64,000 nucleotides of DNA. It comes from Haliotis rufescens. Lineage: Eukaryota. A model generated the notes under the pieces. That model was not told where the DNA came from. It worked only from the letters and a program-made list of their open reading frames with translations, and made no database searches. The stretch covers positions 3,782,001-3,846,000 of the forward strand of contig NW_025964002.1 in NCBI RefSeq assembly GCF_023055435.1. The letters run 5' to 3'. Shown here in pieces: positions 26,820 through 38,600 of the stretch. The position numbers and the translations under genes were made by a program. How positions within the stretch are numbered: the first letter of the stretch is position 1; every line of letters begins with the position of its first letter.

Positions 26820-27126
26820 ACCGCCTCTGTGGTCTAGTGGTAGAGCGTCCGATCGGAGAGCGGAAGGCGGGGGGTTCGATCCCCGACCGCGTCATACCAA
26901 AAGACGTTAAAAGATGGTACTTGTTGTTACCGGAGTCAGTATACTGTGTCTGAGTGGGGTATTCATATTAAACTGCGGCATGGTATCTCAGTGAGCTAGC
27001 ACTATAAATCGGCATCAGTCCGGACTAGTAAAAGCAGCCACACAAACACATACACGTACATGCACGTCGCTATATAAGTGCAATAATCTTGGACGCGACG
27101 TTAAACCCAATTTCACCTCACCTCAC
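26820..27126 (+). mobile_element. SINE family C with internal deletion
   Basis: Same family as 13276-13626; TSD CCGGAGATTACCG on both sides. Confidence 0.85.
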
Positions 27127-28140
27127 CCGGAGATTACCGAAATGTGCCGGAAATAAAGTCGGGTAACATAGCGGCACTGGACCATGACATGGGTAAAATA
27201 GATCCACGGTGACAACCGTAACGGTATTTTGTGACAGCAATAATGTAAATTATGCTCGGTGGCTTTCAACCAAAATCCCTTAACCAAAATCATTCACAGT
27301 GGCAAGAGAGTTTCATGGCGGAAACTTCACAGTGGATGAATCGGTATGTGAGTCCGTGCTACACATGCCCAAACTAACCTTTTATCATATAATGGGTAGG
27401 TTTCTCGGCAGTATAAAGCCAACGGATAAAAACAATTTTCGTTGGGGTCATAGGCTGATAGAGATGCAAATATCAAAGGTCAAGTAGGACTACTTTCACT
27501 GTTTATAAACAAACATGGCAGAATTAACCATCGGGAATCTGGATAAACTACAGGGATAATTGCTATCATTACCAAAAGAACATTCTAATATACTGAAAAT
27601 CAGTGTCTAACTGTGACGTGGCTAAGGCATTTGCCAACTTTGGAGATATCTATAAATTTCGAAACAATTTTGCGAGGGCACAAGGCCTAGTCGGATCAGT
27701 AGCCGTATGTGTGCTTGTAGACCTCTGCGGTTTGAAACCTTCTCAACAAAACAAAATAGTTGGATTTGGCCGAAATATGTTTGAATTGTTACCTTGTTTC
27801 GTTTTGTCGCTGTGTATACATCTGATTGCACTTCTTAACGTTATTACAGGACAGACCGACTGTCAACAACGTCTGACCGTGGCCGTGACGTCGCATAGAC
27901 TAGGGTTAGAGTAGCTTCCCATTGACAAAGGGCAGTTACTCTAGCGGAACCGATGGATTGCCGCGAAAGGCAATTAAAAACAAGTGTTGTATTGCGCATA
28001 TGTTGCTTCGCCACTGTATAAGAAACAGATTTCAGTAATAGTAATGCGCGCATTCCAGGAAACTCGCTGTTTCGGTAATGTTTGTGAGAGAGGGAAAGCG
28101 ATTTTAAAGCACAGAATTAAAGAATGACATCATATGATAA

Positions 28141-28292
28141 AGAGGTTATCACGCTTGTGTGTTTGTGGATGGTAAATATCCTATATTAGGAATAAACACT
28201 ATGTATTTAGCTCGCCAAGGCTCGCTAAATACAATGTTTATTCCTAATGCAGGATATTTACCATCCCCAAACACACTCGCGTGATAACCTCT
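28141..28292. repeat. ~152-bp near-perfect inverted repeat (hairpin)
   Basis: AGAGGTTATCACGC...GTATTTAGC-[TCGCCAAGGCTC]-GCTAAATAC...GCGTGATAACCTCT. Confidence 0.9.
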
Positions 28293-29875
28293 ATATATTA
28301 GGACAGAAAAAAATAAAACATGCAATGTTTTGTTGATTGCATTACGTATTGCAGTTCGTTTCATACCTCCAGTGCATTCCGGTTAAAGCACTTGCAGTAC
28401 ATTGGCATGTTTCCCAAACAATACTGACACTCATTGAATAAGGTGTTTTAGAGAAACAAACTTTGCATAACCAGTGTCTGCACAATAAAAAAACTATGCA
28501 TAACCACGTCTATCTATCCTTCAAATTGGATATCTGTAAGTTCACAATGCATTGTCATAAAATTATTTTGTCTGACATTGCACGTTCAACCTACTGTGAG
28601 GCTTTGTGCACGCTTTTGCATAATGTGAGAAATAAATCTGGGAGCTATTGAGCGGTCCTACTATATAACCCCCAGGGGCGTACGGAAAAGTCCGGGGCGT
28701 ATTTTAAAACAGTCCCAACCGCCAAGTTTCATAATAGACTCATTGATGTTAGAAACAGCCCCCGGGTAACGTTGGTTCAATGCAGATGACACGACTCAAG
28801 CGGGTGTATAAATCTAGGCCAGTCTTCACGTGATTCGTATGGCCTAACCGCAGGGACTGTACGTATGATATAGCTTCAAGGTCCGAGCTACAGCGTCAGC
28901 TGGTTGATTGACCTTTGTGACGCGTGACTGGCAGACAACAGTGTCGGAGCTAACCCGGCAATCCTGGTGGACCTAAAGCTGCCTTGGAGACAGTGTGATC
29001 ACAGGTTATACAGGTAAGTGCTGTTCCACAGTACAGGGGTACGAGCACCTGTGAACGTGTTGAAATATAGCGATTTGACTGCGGGATATTGGTATGCTTG
29101 GTGGTTGGGTATATATAAACGTAAACCAACGAATAGGCCGAGTCTAACAGAAGTAACACTGACAGAGGCAGTCAAGTCGATACCTTCCATAAAATGGGAT
29201 CTGAACGAGTTCGTGAAAACCGGAGAAAAATCAACGTTCCGGTTGAGTGATCCACAGCTTCGTTTAATCGAGGATTGGATAACGGGAGCTCAAGACCTTA
29301 ACGCTCGTGATGGGCGGTAACCTACATGTACACATGACAGCGGACCAGCACAAGGCCCCAAGTTTGCAGCTAGGGTAGATAAGGGCGACTTCCTGGGTCG
29401 GGTAGTCAGGCTGACTGTTGCGTGAAACAAATTGGCTGATCCACTGAGACAATTTAAAAAATGCCTAAATATTGCAGTCATTTTAGAAGTTTATTGAAAA
29501 AGCTATCTCCTTAATTGACAAAGCTATTGATTAGAAGTCAGGCAAAAGTGGCCATTGTTGATCTAATCATGGAAATCACTGTAAACACATATTGTGTTGA
29601 TAACTAACTGTAATCTATCTGATGTTGCAACAACTCACAGACACTGCAATACACGAACTGCACAGCAGAAATAAAATCAGTAAAAAGTTCATCGAGATAC
29701 AATAGTTTAATTAGACAGTCTAACGATGTGGAAGTTTAACTGGCGATAGCGCTACAACGTAAAAATGTGTACACTACTACTACTAACACTACTACTACTT
29801 ATAATAATAATGATAATGATGATGATAACAACAAACACAGTATCTAAAGCGATATGATGGAGTGGCTCGATTATA

Positions 29876-31172
29876 TACTCAACCACAAAAGTTCCCGTGA
29901 CACCAATATTTTAGTGTATTTTTCAAACAAGTAAAGTTTGGTTTTCTATATTGCAGTACATGTATGGAATCGAGTCACAAAACCCATTTGCTACAGAAAA
30001 GCATGCATTCCATGCAAAAGTTGACTTTTATGCAAGCCCCATGCATTTTACTACCCAAGAATGGGTATAAAAAACACGTGCGTTAACGGGATTCCGTATG
30101 CATTGTTTAGCATCGTGCTGACAACAACCGCTCAGAAAAACAACAAAATTACGCAATTATTCAACATTACGAAATGAGACGCCTGTCCGAAAATGAGCAT
30201 CTGCGAGTCATTGGTATGCTTGAAGCAGGATCGAGTCAACGTGATGTTGCAAGACAATTTAACGTCCACAGAAACACCATTTGGTGTTTATGGCAACGTT
30301 GGCAACAGACGAATGCAGTCAGAGACAGGCCACGCGTTACCAATAATCGACAAGACAACTGGATTCGAACAACACACCTACGGAATCGTTTCAAGCCAGC
30401 AACAGTGACTGCAAGAAGCATACACTGACGAGTCTCGTTTTCACCTCAGTCACAGCGATGGACGGGTTCAAGTGTACCGACGTCGAGGTGAACGTTACGT
30501 CAATCATTGTGTCATGGAAGAAGATCGGTTCGGGGGCGGCAGCGTTATGGTATGGGGTGGGATTACAGCAAGACAGAGGACCCGTTTGATAGTGGTAGAG
30601 GGAAATCTCAATGGACAGCGCTACCGCGACGAGATCATCGGCCCTGTTGTTCTACCGCTTTTGCGTCATCATGGCCAGGCATTACCTTTCAACATAACAA
30701 CGCCCGGCCTCATATTGCTCGACTTGTGCAGGATTCTCTTCAACAAAACAACGTGAATGTCATCCCCTGGTCGGCCCGCTCCCCTAATCTCTTACCAATC
30801 GAGCACATGTGGGAAGAGATGGATCGGCGCCTTCGACGGCAACCACGTGTTCCACAGACACTGCGAAACATGGTCCAGTAGATATGGACAGATATCCCAC
30901 AGGACTTTGTGCGACGCCTGGTCCATTCCATGAGACGATAATGTGTTGCTTGCATCTCAACCAGAGCTGGACACACACGCTATTGATTTGTAAATGACAT
31001 TTTGGCATGTTCATGTTTTTTTATGAAATTTTCTGAAGTCAGTATGGCAAATTAAACCATTTGAAGACTTACAGGATTCTTTTATCTGTTGCAAACCGAA
31101 ATTGTTTCAGATTTTGTAAAAAAACAACAACTTTGCATTAAATCTTATTCAATGTGACAGGAACTTCTGTTG
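29876..31172 (+). mobile_element. Tc1-family DNA transposon, non-autonomous copy 1
   Basis: TA|TACTCAACCACAAAAGTTCC left TIR and degenerate right TIR. Frameshifted transposase: HTH at 30174, TDESRF, GGGSVMVWGGI, NNARPH, SPNLLPIEHMW. Confidence 0.92.
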
Positions 31173-31429
31173 GGTCTATCCATGGTACGACTCAGAATAT
31201 GTAGAGGGCGTCATGGAAAAAGATAAACACAAATTCTTTGGAAAAGGCCCGTATACAGTCTCAGACATATCCAGAACAACAAACCAGATCTTGTACTTTT
31301 TTATAAATCCAATGAAATCATTTGTATCATTCAATTTTCTGTCCCTTTTGACACTAATGTGATTGACAAGATTCAGGAAAAACATAGCAACTATGCAGAC
31401 CTCGTTTTCGAAATGTCACGCTTTCATCC

Positions 31430-31810
31430 AAGAACCAAGTTGTCCGACTCCACACTGTTCTCGCCTTAGATTTGGTACCACCCAATCTGTTGACTGACAC
31501 TGGGAGAGTAACCGGGTTTGCTACCAGGAATACCACCCTACTGGCATTCTGGGTAATGCAGAAGGCTGCAGTGTTGGGGAGTCTATAGATTCTCTGAAAC
31601 GTTCTGCTTGGATTCGGCTAGGCAGCTCATTCCGGGAGAAGACCCATTTGCTGTCTGGGCTGCGTGAAGAGGGGGCAAGGGCCCTCAGCTGATGATGAGC
31701 CTCACCAGTTTGCCTGTGCCAGGATCACGCAAACCCTTTTCGCTGCATTTTTAATTGTAATCTTACATAATAACAAGAAGAATATCAGCAACAGCAACAA
31801 CAACAATATT
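31430..31810 (+). mobile_element. Possible 3' fragment of an RLE-type (R4/Dong-like) non-LTR retrotransposon
   Basis: Decayed frame ...VLALDLVPPNL...MQKAAVLGSL*IL*NVL resembles the R4-clade C-terminus QKAxxLGTxxILRxVL; followed by an (AAC/AAT)-rich tail. Confidence 0.4.
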
Positions 31811-31824
31811 GGGTGTTTGACATT

Positions 31825-32070
31825 TTTTAACGCCGCACTCAGCAACATTCAGCTATGTGATGGTGGTCTGTAAATCATCTAGTCTGGACCAGACAATCCA
31901 ATGATTGACATCATGCTCGTCGATCTACGTAATTGGGATACGATGACATGCATTAATCAAGTCAGCGAACCTGACCACCCGATCCCATTAGCCTCTTACG
32001 ACAAAGATAGTTGCTTCTTACCACAAGCATAGGTTTCTGAAGACCAATTCTAACCCGGAATCTTTACGGG
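31825..32070 (-). mobile_element. Short retroelement family A
   Basis: Colinear with 1843-2097. Confidence 0.8.
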
Positions 32071-32791
32071 AATAATAATAATGATAATGAAAATAATAAT
32101 ATTTATAACAACCATAGTAATAAAGAGTACAACCCACTGGGTATGGTACTGACAGAATTAGAAATATAATAAGGGCAAACCAGGATTCGAACCCACAATC
32201 CTAGTCTCTGGTATGTCTGCACGAAGAATTGTTGTGTCTGGGCCAACTGTGTCCCTATGACATTAAGAATGCGACATGAGCGGCGAATGTTAACAACACC
32301 AATGACCTTCGTAGACTCAGAAAACAGTCCAACATGTTTGGGTATTCTCTGGGCAGAGTCACTCATTGATAATTATCTTCAGTTGGTCACGAAAGTGAGT
32401 TTTCGACTAAGTAATGTCTGTTGCTTGATAAATTAAGTCATACTGGTACCACTTTGTTGCGGGGATGTTGTTGACAAAAAAATATCACAGTAATCAGAGT
32501 ACGGGATTCGAACCAACGATCTGCGGATCCTGGTATGTCCGAGAGATGCAACCGACGCCTTAGATGACTTGATGATACAGGAACGAATTTAATAATGGAT
32601 TAAGAAACACAATTATGTGTGTTAAGTGAATTAGTCTTCTCAAAAGGGAACCGCAAAGTGCTAGTTTGCATATTTCACACTTCTTGAAAAAGTAATGTAG
32701 ATATATGATACGAGAGAGCAATAAGTACGTTTGTTAAAAACATGAGAGTATCAAACATTCTAAACCTAAATTATTTTTTCAGGTCAGTAAG

Positions 32792-35700
32792 ATGTCCGCT
32801 GGCAAAGACTGTTCAGTGATTCCCGTCGTGGTCGGTGTCGACGTGGGTGGAACCAACACCGATGCAGTTGTTCTCACCAAAGGCAAGATAAAATCCACAG
32901 TGATTGCCGCAGTGAAGGAGCTGACGTCAGCGGATGTCACTACCGGTGTCCGAACTGCCATTCATGCCGTTCTCCAACAGGCCACAGACAATGGACATAG
33001 GGTAGCTGTGGTGCAGGTCAACATTGGAACCACGCACTTCGTAAATGCTGTTGTACAGGGTAGAGGACTTGCACGGGTCTCTGTGATACGTCTTTGTGGA
33101 ACTGCGTCACACGATCTGCCACCTTTCAGCGATTTTCCCTTGGATCTCAAAGAAACCATATATGGCAGCGTTCACCTTGTTGATGGTGGGTACAGGTTTG
33201 ATGGCAGGGAAATTGACCCTGTTGATGAGAAACAAATAACTGATACCCTTTGTCAAATAAAGGAAAAGAAGATAAGAAACATTGTTGTGTCAGGAATATT
33301 CTCTCCTGTCAAAACCGACCAAGAAGATGCTGTTTTACAGTTAATCGCAAGCAAGTATCCTGAAGCAACAGTTACACTGTCGCACATGATTGGACATTTT
33401 GGATTACTGGAAAGAGAGAATGCTGCAATACTAAACGAATGTCTGAAACCACTTTGCAAGAAAACAGTTGAAGGTTTTCAAACTGCACTATCAAGTGTTG
33501 GTCTGTCCTGTCCAATGTATTTCACACAGAACGATGGCACCATCATCAGCTCTGATGAAGCTGTGTTGTATCCAGTGTACACCTTTGCATCAGGACCCAC
33601 AAACAGCATGCGAGGGGCAGCTTTCTTATCGGATGTCAAGGATGCCATCGTTCTTGATATTGGCGGCACAACCACAGATGTAGGCGTTCTGAAGAACAAG
33701 TTTCCAAGAGAAGCTTCCACCCAAGTAAAGATTGGAGGGATCAGGACAAACTTTCGAATGCCAGATGTTCTCAGTTTTGGCCTTGGTGGTGGGTCCTATG
33801 TCACAGAAAACACAGACGCCTCAGTTACTATTGGACCGCTCAGCGCAGGGTTCAACCTAAAGAATGAAGCTTTCATATTTAGTAACGGCGACACCGATTC
33901 TGGACGAAGCTTAACTACGTCTGATGTTGCTGTTGCAGCTGGATTGATGAAACTTGGAGATGCAAAATATGTTCAACATTTATCAAAGGAATTGGTTGAG
34001 AAAGTGCTTGCAAAGATAGTTATCATGATTGAAGATGCAATCGATGTGGTCAAGCTGAGTGCGGAAACACTACCCGTCCTTCTTGTTGGTGGTGGAAGTG
34101 TTCTGGTTGACAGGAATCAGGAAATTAAAGGTGCCTCAGAAGTCATTATCCCTGAGTATTCAGGAGTTGCCAATGCCATTGGTGCTGCACTGAGTCAGGT
34201 GTCTGGCAGTTCTGATAGTATTGTATGTCTTCAGGATATGGTGGATCAAGAACGGATGGATCAAGCTGTTGGAGCCGCTGTGGCAGCAGTGGATGATAAA
34301 GATGAAAAGAAAGTCGAGCTCGCTGCAGAACAAGCTCGAAAGCCATTTTTTGTCAATGCCAGAGACACAGCTTTAGAAAGTGCAGAACGTAAAGCTAAGC
34401 AAATAGCAGTAGATTGTGGTGCTGACCCAACATCTGTTGAAATTACACAGAAGGAGGACATGACTCTGTCCTATATCCCAGGTCAAGCAGTGAGAATAAA
34501 GATAAAGGCTGTTGGCAATTTGGAAAATTTACAATCAGCAAATGCAAAAGAGTGGATCCCAAGCCCTTTGAAAAAAGATGAATCAATGTCTGGTGGCAAA
34601 CTTGAAAAACAAACAGGGACCTCAACTGGGAAAACACTTGCAGTTGGCAATGAGGCAGGAGATGCAACAAAACACCCAGTGGATCCTCAGATCGACCCTC
34701 ATACTGGAGAGTGGATTCTCTCGGAATGGGATTTAGAGGCAATTGTGATTGGTGCAGGCATATTTGGGTGTGGCGGTGGTGGAAATCCTCATATTGGCAG
34801 ACTCAGGGCTCTTGCGGATATACGAAAAGGCAAGAAAATACGTATAATTTCCCCAGAGAAACTGTATGAAAAGGCAGATCCAGACAATGATCTCGTGGCT
34901 ATAGTAGCATTCATGGGGGCCCCATTGATTATGTATGAGCAGTTGGTGTCCTCAAAAGAAACAACTGGAGCGTTGAGATGTTTGGATGATCTGTACACCA
35001 TTGGTGGCTACAAGGATGGCATGTTGCAGAACACAGAGGGAGTTGAAATCAAGACGAAAGATGGGATGGTATATATAGAGAATTACCAGACCAGGGTATC
35101 AATGGATAAACCTAAACGGATAATTGCTTTGATGTCTGGTGAGATCGGAGGAATGAATGCGATTGAACCTCTTCTTGTGTCAGCTGACCTGGGCCTGCCT
35201 GTTGTTGATTCTGATGGAATGGGACGGGCATTTCCTGAGTTGCAGATGTTTTGTCCATATATGTATGGAGTGTCTGCTCATCCTGCAGCTTTAGTAGACG
35301 ACAGAGGCACACGAGCTGTAATGCTGCAAACACCTTCACCAAAACATCTTGAAAATCACTTCAGAGATACAGTTATTGGGATGGGATGTTCTGCTGGACT
35401 CTCATTCAATCCTCTCACCAAACCTGTGTTAATGGATAAGACAGTTCTATATTCCGTCAGCCACGTGTGGAAGGTCGGAGATGCTGTTCTAAAGGCCAGA
35501 ATAGAAAAGACGTCCCCCATTGAGGCCATTTTGAAAACAGAAAAATCTGTCCACATCATCACTGGCAAAATCAGGGACGTGCAGAGGGAAACAAGTGGAG
35601 GATTCAACAGAGGGAAGGTTATCATTGAAGGTCTTGACAGTTTTTCTGGACAAACCATACTGGTTGAATTTCAGAATGAAAACTTGATTATTTTCCCCTT

Positions 35701-35971
35701 GGATGCCGAGAAGAAAGCTGGGAAGCCAGTTGCATGTGTCCCAGATCTCATCACCATCATTGATGCAGACACAGCTGAGCCTATTCCGACAGAAGAGGTG
35801 AAATATGGAATTCGAGTCGCTGTCCTTGTACTGGCCTCTCCAGATATACTGCGAACCGATCAGGCTTTGCGATTTGTTGGCCCTAAAGCTTTCCATTATG
35901 ACAACGTTGAGTTCAGACCAATCGGAGACGCGTATCCTGTTCAACCAATACCACCAAGGGACTCTCTTTAA
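32792..35971 (+). CDS. Hydantoinase/oxoprolinase-A (HyuA-like ASKHA ATPase)-DUF917 fusion, paralog 1, 1059 aa, single coding exon
   Basis: 3180-nt ORF. HyuA motifs GVDVGGTNTDAV, GTTHFVNA, LERENAAILN, QNDG, SGPTNSMRGAA, DIGGTTTDVG, GLGGGS, VANAIGAA. DUF917 motifs GCGGGGNP, MGAP, EIGGMN, DSDGMGRAFPELQM, FQNENL, VPDLI, TEEVKYG. Splice acceptor 9 nt upstream of the ATG. Confidence 0.93.
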   Translation: MSAGKDCSVIPVVVGVDVGGTNTDAVVLTKGKIKSTVIAAVKELTSADVTTGVRTAIHAVLQQATDNGHRVAVVQVNIGTTHFVNAVVQGRGLARVSVIRLCGTASHDLPPFSDFPLDLKETIYGSVHLVDGGYRFDGREIDPVDEKQITDTLCQIKEKKIRNIVVSGIFSPVKTDQEDAVLQLIASKYPEATVTLSHMIGHFGLLERENAAILNECLKPLCKKTVEGFQTALSSVGLSCPMYFTQNDGTIISSDEAVLYPVYTFASGPTNSMRGAAFLSDVKDAIVLDIGGTTTDVGVLKNKFPREASTQVKIGGIRTNFRMPDVLSFGLGGGSYVTENTDASVTIGPLSAGFNLKNEAFIFSNGDTDSGRSLTTSDVAVAAGLMKLGDAKYVQHLSKELVEKVLAKIVIMIEDAIDVVKLSAETLPVLLVGGGSVLVDRNQEIKGASEVIIPEYSGVANAIGAALSQVSGSSDSIVCLQDMVDQERMDQAVGAAVAAVDDKDEKKVELAAEQARKPFFVNARDTALESAERKAKQIAVDCGADPTSVEITQKEDMTLSYIPGQAVRIKIKAVGNLENLQSANAKEWIPSPLKKDESMSGGKLEKQTGTSTGKTLAVGNEAGDATKHPVDPQIDPHTGEWILSEWDLEAIVIGAGIFGCGGGGNPHIGRLRALADIRKGKKIRIISPEKLYEKADPDNDLVAIVAFMGAPLIMYEQLVSSKETTGALRCLDDLYTIGGYKDGMLQNTEGVEIKTKDGMVYIENYQTRVSMDKPKRIIALMSGEIGGMNAIEPLLVSADLGLPVVDSDGMGRAFPELQMFCPYMYGVSAHPAALVDDRGTRAVMLQTPSPKHLENHFRDTVIGMGCSAGLSFNPLTKPVLMDKTVLYSVSHVWKVGDAVLKARIEKTSPIEAILKTEKSVHIITGKIRDVQRETSGGFNRGKVIIEGLDSFSGQTILVEFQNENLIIFPLDAEKKAGKPVACVPDLITIIDADTAEPIPTEEVKYGIRVAVLVLASPDILRTDQALRFVGPKAFHYDNVEFRPIGDAYPVQPIPPRDSL

Positions 35972-37298
35972 CGCAGACGCTCTATAACTGGGATGCTCTC
36001 TCACTTGGACTCTCTACTGCGGACATTCAGATGCTCTCTAACGCAGATGCTCTATTACTGGGATGCTCTCTCACTTGGACTCTCTACTGCGGACATTCAG
36101 ACGCTCTCTAACGCAGACGCTCTATAACTGGGATGCTCTCTCACTTGGACTCTCTACTGCGGACATTCAGACGCTCTCTATAGCAGATGCTCTATGACTG
36201 GGATGCTCTCTCACTTGGACTCTCTACTGCGGGCATTCAGACGCTCTCTAACGCAAATGCTCTATTACTGGGATGCTCTCTCACTTGGACTCTCTACTGC
36301 GGACATTCAGACGCTCTCTAACGCAGACGCTCTATAACTGGGATGCTCTCTCACTTGGACTCTCTACTGCGGGCATTCAGACGCTATCTATAGCCGATGC
36401 TCTATTACTGGGATGCTCTCTCATTTGGACTCTCTACCGCGGACATTCAGACGCTCTCTAACGCAGATGCTCTATTACTGGGATGCTCTCTCACTTGGAC
36501 TCTCTACCGCGGACATTCAGACTCTCTCTAACGCAGACGCTCTATTACTGGGATGCTCTCTCACTTGGACTCTCTACTGCGGACATTCAGACACTCTCTA
36601 ACGCAGACGCTCTATAACTGGGATGCTCTCTCACTTGGACTCTCTACCGCGGACATTCAGACGCTCTCTAACACAGACGCTCTATAACTGGGATGCTCTC
36701 TCACTTGGACTCTCTACCGCGGACATTCAGACTCTCTCTAACGCAGATGCTCTATTACTGGGATGCTCTCTCACTTGGACTCTCTACCGCGGACATTCAG
36801 ACTCTCTCTAACGCAGACGCTCTATTACTGGGATGCTCTCTCACTTGGACTCTCTACTGCGGACATTCAGACACTCTCTAACGCAGACGCTCTATAACTG
36901 GGATGCTCTCTCACTTGGACTCTCTACCGCGGACATTCAGACGCTCTCTAACACAGACGCTCTATAACTGGGATGCTCTCTCACTTGGACTCTCTACCGC
37001 GGACATTCAGACGCTCTCTAACGCAGACGGTCTATTACTGGGATGCTCTGTCACTTGGAGTCTCTACCGCGGACATTCAGACGCTCTCTAACGCAGACGC
37101 TCTATAACTGGGATGCTCTCTCACTTGGACTCTCTACTGCGGACATTCAGACGCTCTCTATCGCAGACGCTCTATTACTGGGATGCTCTCTCACTTGGAC
37201 TCTCTACTGCGGACATTCAGACACTCTCTATAGCAGACGCTCTATTACTGGGATGCTCTCTCACTTGGTCTCTCTACTGCGGGCATTCAGACGCTCCT
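35960..37298. repeat. 70-bp minisatellite, ~19 copies, overlapping the stop codon and 3' region of paralog 1
   Basis: Unit GACGCTCTCTAACGCAGACGCTCTATAACTGGGATGCTCTCTCACTTGGACTCTCTACTGCGGACATTCA; TCACTTGGAC recurs at 36001, 36071, 36141. Confidence 0.97.
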
Positions 37299-38014
37299 TA
37301 AACAGCTCCGACACAGGATGACACAGGGCGACATGCAGATTGTGAGGATGTAGGTCACTGACATTGTATGTAAATGGTACAGAAAAACATAGTGACTGTA
37401 GCAATACATTTGTACATAAGACTTTATAAAACTCAATTTAAATGGTTTTCCAAAGGTTTTGAAGAAAAATACATGGACACATTTAACTTTGGTGCTTCTC
37501 TATCTGTGAAGTATGACATCCTAAATATTCCTTCAGCAGGAGACGCCATCATTGTGATTTGACGAGGAACTAAACCTTGTGTGGTTTACTTTATTCTAAT
37601 TGTGGTTCCACTCAATAATCTATGCTTCATATGTTACCCAAAGATTAGTGTTAATTTGACCATGGTAGAATTAAGAGATACACCTACTGTATTTTCAATG
37701 CAGAGCTATGCTGCCTGTTGATTGACGGTACTTCATTTCACATTTTAAACCTCACGTTGCACACTTCGTCACAAATTCAATTTTTTTATAGTCGAACCTA
37801 CAGGTAACATATATGAAGCTTAGTAAGTTTATATCCAAATTAGACCACTGTGAAATTCAACTGACTGTAACTGAAGAAATATGTTTGGAACACAAATATA
37901 GAATATTGCTAAAAGCGGCGTAAAACCATATTCACTCCCTCACTAATGACCTGGTACTTCGATCTGAATCGCCCAATAACTTACAGGAATTTCATGGGTA
38001 CATATTGAAGTGGT

Positions 38015-38149
38015 CAACATGCATTAACCAAGTCAGCGAGTCTGACCACCCGATCCCGTTAGTCGACCCTTACGACAAGCACAGTCGCCTTTTACGGCAA
38101 GTATGGGTTGCTGAAGACCTATATATTCTACCCCGGATCTTCATGGGTC
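38015..38149 (-). mobile_element. Short retroelement family A, 5' half
   Basis: CCAAGTCAGCGAGTCTGACCACCCGATCCCGTTAGTCG...CCCGGATCTTCATGGGTC. Confidence 0.75.
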
Positions 38150-38600
38150 ACTCAGAGGCCGAGATATCTTAGAAACCCTAAAGGAGCACTTACAAGTAAC
38201 CATGGCTCCTGTGTAATTAGAATCTGGAGACACGTACTGATGTCAAGCGTAGGGAATTGGTTAGAACTGTAGCATCTATCATTTGTCAGGATTAAAAATT
38301 TCTGTTAGTCATTCATTACCACCTTTTTGACTTTTTGACAATGTTTCAAGATACAAGATAAAGCCCGATTGTTTTGAATTAATGAATTTAATAGGTTCAT
38401 TTCAATAGGTTCTACCTTGGAGTCTCAGCAGACGAATGTTACAAATCAATCAAAGCTCTTAATTTCATATACTTAGCATCAATGATAATTTCTGTTGGAA
38501 ATGGAACCAGTACATATGTAATCAAACATTTTGATTTAGCATAGGAACAAAGAAGGAAACTCCATCAAAGTCTTGTGGGTATCAAACGTCTGTGACATGT

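Noticed and set aside
29018-29320. 100-aa ORF
   Set aside because: Non-ATG start, no recognisable motif, and it lies just downstream of a consensus splice donor, so it is likely intronic.
36273-37321. Series of 62-aa ORFs
   Set aside because: Translations of the 70-bp minisatellite.
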